Source of the DNA: Acidimicrobiia bacterium
Lineage (GTDB): Bacteria; Actinomycetota; Acidimicrobiia; Spongiisociales; ZC4RG35
Length of the DNA: 64,000 nucleotides
Direction: 5' to 3'
Assembly (NCBI GenBank): GCA_965203555.1
Contig: CBDBCY010000004.1
Coordinates: 1,312,001-1,376,000, forward strand
The number at the start of each line of letters is the position of its first letter. Position 1 is the first letter of the stretch. Below the pieces are notes generated by a model that was given only the letters and a program-made list of their open reading frames with translations, was not told where the DNA came from and searched no databases. Shown here in pieces: positions 58,517 through 64,000 of the stretch. A program made the translations under genes and the position numbers.

Positions 58517-59629
58517 CTAGTGGTGCGTCGCGGTTTTGGTTTGGTGGAGGGCTGCGCGTCCTCGTTGGACTTTGGTGATGATTTCTTGTGCGGTTTTGTG
58601 CCAGATGAAGGGTTTGGGGTTTTGGTTCCAGTGGTCGGTCCAGGTGTTGATCGCTTCGATGAGCTGTCCGACGCTTCGGAAGCTGTCCCGGCGTAGCCGT
58701 TTTTGGGTGAGTTCCCGGAACCATCTTTCGACCAGGTTCAGCCACGACGCCGAAGTGGGCGTGTAATGGGTGTGCCAGCGGTCCCGACGGCGGGGATGCT
58801 CCAGCCAGCGGGTGACGTTGGCATGCTTGTGAGCGGCGTAGTTGTCGATCACCAGATGCACGTCCAGATCGGATGGGACATGACGTTCGATCAGTCTCAA
58901 AAAGCCCAAAAACTCCTGGTGACGATGTCTGGGTCGACAATCGGCGATGATCTTCCCCGTGGCGGTGTCCAACGCCGCGAACAAAGTGGTGGTGCCGTTG
59001 CGTTTGTAGTCATGGGTCATGGTCCCCGCCCGCCCGGGTTTCAGCGGCAGGGACCTCTGGGAGCGTTCCAGCGCCTGGATCTGGGACTTTTCGTCCACGC
59101 ACAACACCACCGCCCGTTCGGGCGGATTCATGTACAAACCCACCACGTCCACCAACTTCTCCTCAAAACGAGGATCATTGGACAACTTGAACGTCTCGAT
59201 CTTCCACGGTTGCAGTCCCCGCGCTTTCCAGATACGAGCCACGGTGTCCTTTCCCACCCCAAAACGGGCCGCCATCGTCCTGGTCGACCAATGCGTCGAC
59301 CCGTCCGCCGGGCGGGTACCCAACGTGTCCGAAACGATCTGTTCCACCACCTCCTGGCTGATCACCGGGGGACGGCCCCGACCCGGACGGATCACCCCCA
59401 CCCCGTCAACACCGTCCTCGGAGAAACGTTTCCGCCAAGCCCGGACCGTGTTCGACGACACCCCCACCCTCCGGGCGGTCTCCTCGTTGGCCACACCATC
59501 AGCAGCCAACAACAGGCCCCTGGCCTGGCGAACCCGCCGAAACGGCAACGATTCCGACCTCGCTATCTGTTCCAACGCAGCACGCTGCTCAACCGACATC
59601 TCCAACGGGGGCGCAATAAAAACAGGCAT
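58517..59629 (-). CDS. IS630-family DDE transposase
   Basis: HTH, GRPP, HWSTR, VDEKSQIQAL, HDYKRNGTTTLFAALD, DNYAAHK, TPTSASWLNLVERWF; the stop codon lies within the IR. Confidence 0.95.
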   Translation of the reverse strand: MPVFIAPPLEMSVEQRAALEQIARSESLPFRRVRQARGLLLAADGVANEETARRVGVSSNTVRAWRKRFSEDGVDGVGVIRPGRGRPPVISQEVVEQIVSDTLGTRPADGSTHWSTRTMAARFGVGKDTVARIWKARGLQPWKIETFKLSNDPRFEEKLVDVVGLYMNPPERAVVLCVDEKSQIQALERSQRSLPLKPGRAGTMTHDYKRNGTTTLFAALDTATGKIIADCRPRHRHQEFLGFLRLIERHVPSDLDVHLVIDNYAAHKHANVTRWLEHPRRRDRWHTHYTPTSASWLNLVERWFRELTQKRLRRDSFRSVGQLIEAINTWTDHWNQNPKPFIWHKTAQEIITKVQRGRAALHQTKTATHH

Positions 59630-59674
59630 ACCACAACATTAACCCACTCAACTACAAAACCGACGCACCACTAG
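58517..59674 (-). mobile_element. IS630-family insertion sequence, apparently intact
   Basis: Terminal inverted repeats CTAGTGGTGCGTCG(C)GGTTTTG at 58517 and CAAAACCGACGCACCACTAG ending at 59674; CTAG target with TA duplication. Confidence 0.93.
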
Positions 59675-59685
59675 CATTGTGAGAA

Positions 59686-61209
59686 GTGAAGCGTCCCAAC
59701 ATCGTGCTCATCATGGCCGACCAGTTGGCTCCCCATTTCCTGCCCACCTACGGCCACCGGGTGGTTTTGGCCCCCAACATTTCCCGCATGGCCGACGAGG
59801 GAGTGACGTTCGACTGGGCGTACACCAATTCGCCCCTTTGCGGACCCTCCCGGTACGTGATGATGACCGCCTGCCTGCCCGCCCGGATCGGCGCCTGGGA
59901 CAATGCCGCGGAGTGGTCGGTCGAGATTCCGACCTTCGCCCACTACCTGGCCGATCGCGGCTACCTGACCTGCCTGTCGGGCAAGATGCACTTCATCGGA
60001 CCGGACCAGTTGCACGGATTCGAAGAACGACTGACCACGGACACCTATCCGGCCGACTTCGTCTGGCATCCCCGCTGGGACGAGCCCTACGAGAGGCAGG
60101 ACTGGTTTCACACCATGAAAGTAGTGACCGAGGCGGGTAGCACGCTGGCAGCGGTGAATATCGACTACGACGACGAGGTCACATTCCGGGCCCAGCGCTG
60201 GATATACGACCGCGCCCGCGGCAGCGACCGGCCCTTCATGCTCACCATCTCCTTCATCCAACCCCACGATCCCTACCTGGCTCGACCCGAGACCTGGAAC
60301 CTTTACGACGATGACGACATCGACATGCCGGTAACGACCTACGAGCAGGCCCCCAAAGACCCTCACAGCGACCGGCTCCGGTGGTCGATCGGCGCCTCCG
60401 ACGTCGATCTAACCGAGCAGCAGATCCGGGCCGCCCGCCGGGCTTACTACGCCTCGGTCTCCGATTTCGACCGGCGGGTGGGGCTGGTGCGACGAGCGTT
60501 GGAGGAGACCGGGATGGCCGACGACACCATCGTCATCGTCACCTCCGACCACGGGGACATGCTGGGCGAGCGGGGCATGTGGTTCAAGATGAGCTTTCTG
60601 GAACGATCGGTGCGGGTGCCGCTGATCTTTTGGTGTCCCGACCGCCTCCGGCCCCGCCGCGTGTCGGAGGCGGTTTCGCTGGTGGACCTGGGCCCCACCA
60701 TGATGGGCCTGGCCGCCGACGGCGCCGACATCAACTACCCCAGCCCGCTTGACGGGCGGTCTCTGCTCCCCCACCTGCACGGCGACCGCGGCCACGACGA
60801 GGTGATCGGAGAGTATTACGCGGAAGGGACGCTCACTCCCATGTTCATGGTGCAAAGGGGCGGCGCCAAGTACGTGGTGGCGGAGAGCGACCCGGACCAG
60901 GTGTTCCACGTGAAAGCCGATCCGGAGGAACTCTCCAACCTGGCCCGGACCGATGGAACCCTGGCGGCGGTGAAGAAGGAGATCAACGAGCGGTGGGACA
61001 GCGCGCAACTGACCGACCGGGTGCTGGAGAGCCAGCGGCGTCGGGCCTTCGTGAGCAGGGTGATGCGCAGCCAGGGGATCAGTTGGGACTTCACTCCCAG
61101 TTTCGGGGGAGAGGAACTCTACATTCGCAGCCACGTGCCGATCGGCGTCCTGGAGCAGCAATCTCGCTTTCCCCCCTACGGATCCCCCAACTCCAAGTCA
61201 AGAAACTGA
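59686..61209 (+). CDS. betC: Choline-sulfatase
   Basis: RPNIVLIMADQL, SPLCGPSR (CxPxR), GAWDNA, GKMHFIGPDQLHGFEERLTTD.YPADF, SDHGDMLGERG.WFKM; adjacent to betA. Confidence 0.92.
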   Translation: MKRPNIVLIMADQLAPHFLPTYGHRVVLAPNISRMADEGVTFDWAYTNSPLCGPSRYVMMTACLPARIGAWDNAAEWSVEIPTFAHYLADRGYLTCLSGKMHFIGPDQLHGFEERLTTDTYPADFVWHPRWDEPYERQDWFHTMKVVTEAGSTLAAVNIDYDDEVTFRAQRWIYDRARGSDRPFMLTISFIQPHDPYLARPETWNLYDDDDIDMPVTTYEQAPKDPHSDRLRWSIGASDVDLTEQQIRAARRAYYASVSDFDRRVGLVRRALEETGMADDTIVIVTSDHGDMLGERGMWFKMSFLERSVRVPLIFWCPDRLRPRRVSEAVSLVDLGPTMMGLAADGADINYPSPLDGRSLLPHLHGDRGHDEVIGEYYAEGTLTPMFMVQRGGAKYVVAESDPDQVFHVKADPEELSNLARTDGTLAAVKKEINERWDSAQLTDRVLESQRRRAFVSRVMRSQGISWDFTPSFGGEELYIRSHVPIGVLEQQSRFPPYGSPNSKSRN

Positions 61210-61227
61210 TCCCGGTCCCCGGCGGGC

Positions 61228-62862
61228 ATGGACCACTACGACTTTTTGATCATCGGCGGAGGATCAGCGGGGTGCGCCCTCGCCAACCGCCTCAGCGTCG
61301 ACTCTTCTCACCGGGTACTGGTGCTGGAAGCCGGCCGACCCGACTATCGCTGGGACGTGTTCATCCACATGCCGGCGGCTCTCACCTACCCGATCGGATC
61401 GAGGTTTTACGACTGGAAGTACGAATCGGAGCCCGAGCCCTTCATGGGAGGAAGGCGCGTCTATCACGCCCGAGGCAAGGTGCTGGGCGGGTCGAGTTCC
61501 ATCAACGGGATGATCTTCCAGCGGGGCAACCCCATGGACTACCAGAAGTGGGCGTCGCAACCGGGAATGGAGGAATGGGACTACGCTCACTGCCTTCCCT
61601 ACTTCAAACGCCTGGAGACCACCCTGGCCGGGACCGATGAGTACCGGGGAGGCGAAGGGCCCCTGATCCTGGAACGGGGCCCGGCCGCCAATCCGCTGTT
61701 CCAAGCCTTCTTCAAGGCCGGCGAGCAGGCCGGCATCCCCAACACCACCGACGTGAACGGCTACCGGCAGGAGGGCTTCGCCGCCTTCGACGCCAACCGC
61801 CACCGGGGACGGCGCCTGAGCGCTTCCCGCGCCTACCTGCATCCGGTGACGGGCCGTCCCAATCTGTCGCTTCGGACCCGCGCCCACATCACACGGATCC
61901 TCTTTAGAGGAAGCAGGGCGGTGGGGGTGGAGTACCGGAAGGGCCGCCGACTGCACAAGGTGGAAGCCGAGGAGTTGATCCTGTGCGGGGGCGCCATCAA
62001 CTCGCCGCAACTTCTGATGCTGTCGGGGATCGGTCCGAGGGAACACCTGGAGTCGTTCGGCATCAAGGTGGTGGCAGACCTTGCGGGAGTGGGGGAGAAC
62101 CTGCAGGACCACCTGGAGGTGTACATCCAGCACGCCTCCAGGCAACCGGTGTCGCTTCAGCCCTACCTGGCCAAGTGGCGGATGCCCTGGATCGGGCTGC
62201 AGTGGCTGTTCCGCTCCGGACCCGCCACCAGCAACCATTTCGAAGGCGGGGGGTTCGTGCGCAGCAACGAACAGGTGGGATATCCCAACCTGATGCTGCA
62301 CTTTTTGCCGGTGGCGATCCGCTACGACGGGTCGGTTCCGGCCCGGGGCCACGGCTACCAGGTGCATGTGGGTCCGATGTTCTCCGATGTGCGGGGAAGC
62401 ATCAGGCTTCGGTCGACCGATCCCTTCGACAAGCCGGCGCTGCGATTCAACTACCTCTCCACTCCCAACGACCGCCGCGAATGGGTGGAAGCGGTCCGGA
62501 CCGTCCGCCGCATCCTCGGCCAACCGGCCTTCGAGGAGTTCGACGCCGGGGAACTCTCACCCGGACCGGCTGTGCAGACCGACCGGGAGATTCTCGATTG
62601 GGTGGCGTCGGACGCCGAGACCGCCCTCCATCCCTCCTGCACCGCCAAGATGGGCGTCGACGATATGGCTGTGGTGTCGCCGGACACCTTCCGTGTGCAC
62701 GGCGTGGAGGGTCTGCGGGTGGTGGACGCCTCGGTGATGCCCACCATCACCAACGGCAACATCTACGCACCGGTGATGATGATCGCCGAAAAAGCCGCCG
62801 ACGCCATCCTGGGCAACACTCCCCTGCCGCCCGAAAACGTCGAGTGGTACCGCCACGGCTAG
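61228..62862 (+). CDS. betA: Choline dehydrogenase (GMC oxidoreductase)
   Basis: [62 protein letters not shown]. Confidence 0.93.
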   Translation: MDHYDFLIIGGGSAGCALANRLSVDSSHRVLVLEAGRPDYRWDVFIHMPAALTYPIGSRFYDWKYESEPEPFMGGRRVYHARGKVLGGSSSINGMIFQRGNPMDYQKWASQPGMEEWDYAHCLPYFKRLETTLAGTDEYRGGEGPLILERGPAANPLFQAFFKAGEQAGIPNTTDVNGYRQEGFAAFDANRHRGRRLSASRAYLHPVTGRPNLSLRTRAHITRILFRGSRAVGVEYRKGRRLHKVEAEELILCGGAINSPQLLMLSGIGPREHLESFGIKVVADLAGVGENLQDHLEVYIQHASRQPVSLQPYLAKWRMPWIGLQWLFRSGPATSNHFEGGGFVRSNEQVGYPNLMLHFLPVAIRYDGSVPARGHGYQVHVGPMFSDVRGSIRLRSTDPFDKPALRFNYLSTPNDRREWVEAVRTVRRILGQPAFEEFDAGELSPGPAVQTDREILDWVASDAETALHPSCTAKMGVDDMAVVSPDTFRVHGVEGLRVVDASVMPTITNGNIYAPVMMIAEKAADAILGNTPLPPENVEWYRHG

Positions 62863-62913
62863 GTAATCTGCTCAAAGCCAACCTTCGCAATCCCAGAGGT
62901 AGCCTTACCAGCC

Positions 62914-63627
62914 ATGACCGAGATCCCGGATATCGGTGACGAAGACCGACATGTGGTCATTCGAGCTCTCCGTCGCCCTCGCGGTTTCTATGACGCAGTG
63001 CGAGCATCTCAACTGTCGGGTGTGCCGCAGAGCACCATAAACCAGTGGGCAAGATCAGGAATGCTCACACCAGACTGGAATGCGCTACGTCCTCGAGGTT
63101 GGTCGTATCGAGACCTCCTGTACCTGCGCCTCTTGGCCTGGCTACGAAAGAGGGGCATGGACACTGCCGGCGCCTCCGAAAGAGTGCGTTTGATCCGCGA
63201 TGTCCTGGCCCGAGAACGTGTCGACCCGACAGTCCGATCCGACGACCAACATGCTTTTCTCAGCGGTGAGACCTTCGACCGGTTCTCGGGACAGCAGGCT
63301 TTCGACGGCATGACCTTGTTCCTGTCGATATTCGATGTCGCCCAACCGATTGACAAGGTATCGAGGTCAGCGATGTGGGGACCCGGGTTGGTTTACCCAT
63401 CCCTACACACCCACATTTCCCCTGGGGTGCTATCCGGGGAGCCCTGTGTCCTCCGTTCCCGAATCCCCACATCAGCCCTGTTTGCTCTCCATCGAGATCG
63501 CCGTCTGCCTGCCGGGAAGATTGGTTCGCTGTACCCGCAGGTGAGGGTGGAGGCTATAAGAGACGCCATCGAGCTGGAGGAGAAACTTCGCCTCAGGAAG
63601 TCCCGCGCCGATGCGACTGCTGCTTGA
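62914..63627 (+). CDS. MerR-like HTH + DUF433 protein (VapB45-type antitoxin)
   Basis: ASQLSGVPQSTINQW, SYRDL, C-terminal ISPGVLSGEPCV..SRIPT....AI..E. Confidence 0.8.
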   Translation: MTEIPDIGDEDRHVVIRALRRPRGFYDAVRASQLSGVPQSTINQWARSGMLTPDWNALRPRGWSYRDLLYLRLLAWLRKRGMDTAGASERVRLIRDVLARERVDPTVRSDDQHAFLSGETFDRFSGQQAFDGMTLFLSIFDVAQPIDKVSRSAMWGPGLVYPSLHTHISPGVLSGEPCVLRSRIPTSALFALHRDRRLPAGKIGSLYPQVRVEAIRDAIELEEKLRLRKSRADATAA

Positions 63628-64000
63628 TGAAGGATTCCCTTCACCGCCTGGATTTGAGATCAGCGACGTAGACGACAGTGTAAGAGTAGTGGCCCTGCGC
63701 CAGTTCGATCCCGGCCTGGCCGGCACAAGGACTCCTGGCTGGTACCTCTACTTGCGGGCCGAACAGGCAGGCTTCGACGCATTGGTAACTCATGACAGCG
63801 ATCAGTTGACACAGGCTGAGGAACTGTGGGTTATCTCCAACACCAAGCTCTCTCTGATAACTTGGCGGAAACCAATTCCTGATCCAATTCGCGAGTGGGG
63901 ACAGCTTCTCGCCTTTCTTCCCGAGATTCGGCGGCTCATCAAACAGCATGGACCTTCCCTGGTGCTTCTCCCGACCCCCCGACTAAGCAACAGAAATCTC
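63611..64000 (+). CDS. PIN-like toxin (VapC45/DUF5615-type); 3'-truncated by window edge
   Basis: Hand translation from ATG 63611: MRLLLDEGFP...AEQAGFDALVTHDSDQL..., open to 64000; overlaps the DUF433 gene end; absent from the ORF track. Confidence 0.78.
   Translation, partial: MRLLLDEGFPSPPGFEISDVDDSVRVVALRQFDPGLAGTRTPGWYLYLRAEQAGFDALVTHDSDQLTQAEELWVISNTKLSLITWRKPIPDPIREWGQLLAFLPEIRRLIKQHGPSLVLLPTPRLSNRNL

Overview
High-GC bacterial window, probably an actinobacterium. The gene content and TAnnnT/leaderless promoters suggest Acidimicrobiia, but that is inference. Most of the window is catabolic: (i) 1-13609, an operon with an ABC permease, two LLM oxidoreductases, a CoA ligase, four amidohydrolases, an MBL hydrolase, a cupin, an SDR and a crotonase, interrupted by a foreign ABC-type ATPase; (ii) 29036-42867, a peptide-type ABC importer with a xanthine-dehydrogenase-family trio, a hydantoinase A, DUF917 and NIPSNAP; (iii) 42911-58195, four paralogous SnoaL-like proteins, redox enzymes, a Ser/Cys proline-racemase homolog and two phosphotriesterase-like paralogs around an ABC exporter; (iv) betC-betA. 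A defence island at about 13.6-28.3 kb carries a PLD-SNF2 helicase plus type IIG-like adenine methyltransferase (C-terminal frameshift), helicase+DUF2290, an AAA_14 ATPase and VapBC. Mobile DNA includes an intact IS630 and two ISL3 relics. The least expected signals are: three AT-rich repeats at an exact 51-bp period ahead of a Schlafen/AlbA_2-ATPase-wHTH gene; an aminotransferase that has captured the promoter and first 11 codons of the cyclophilin gene; several other duplicated or fused gene ends; and mirror-symmetric G+T/A+C skew across mobile units. No rRNA, tRNA or CRISPR-Cas was seen. All calls come from motif reading; no database search was run.
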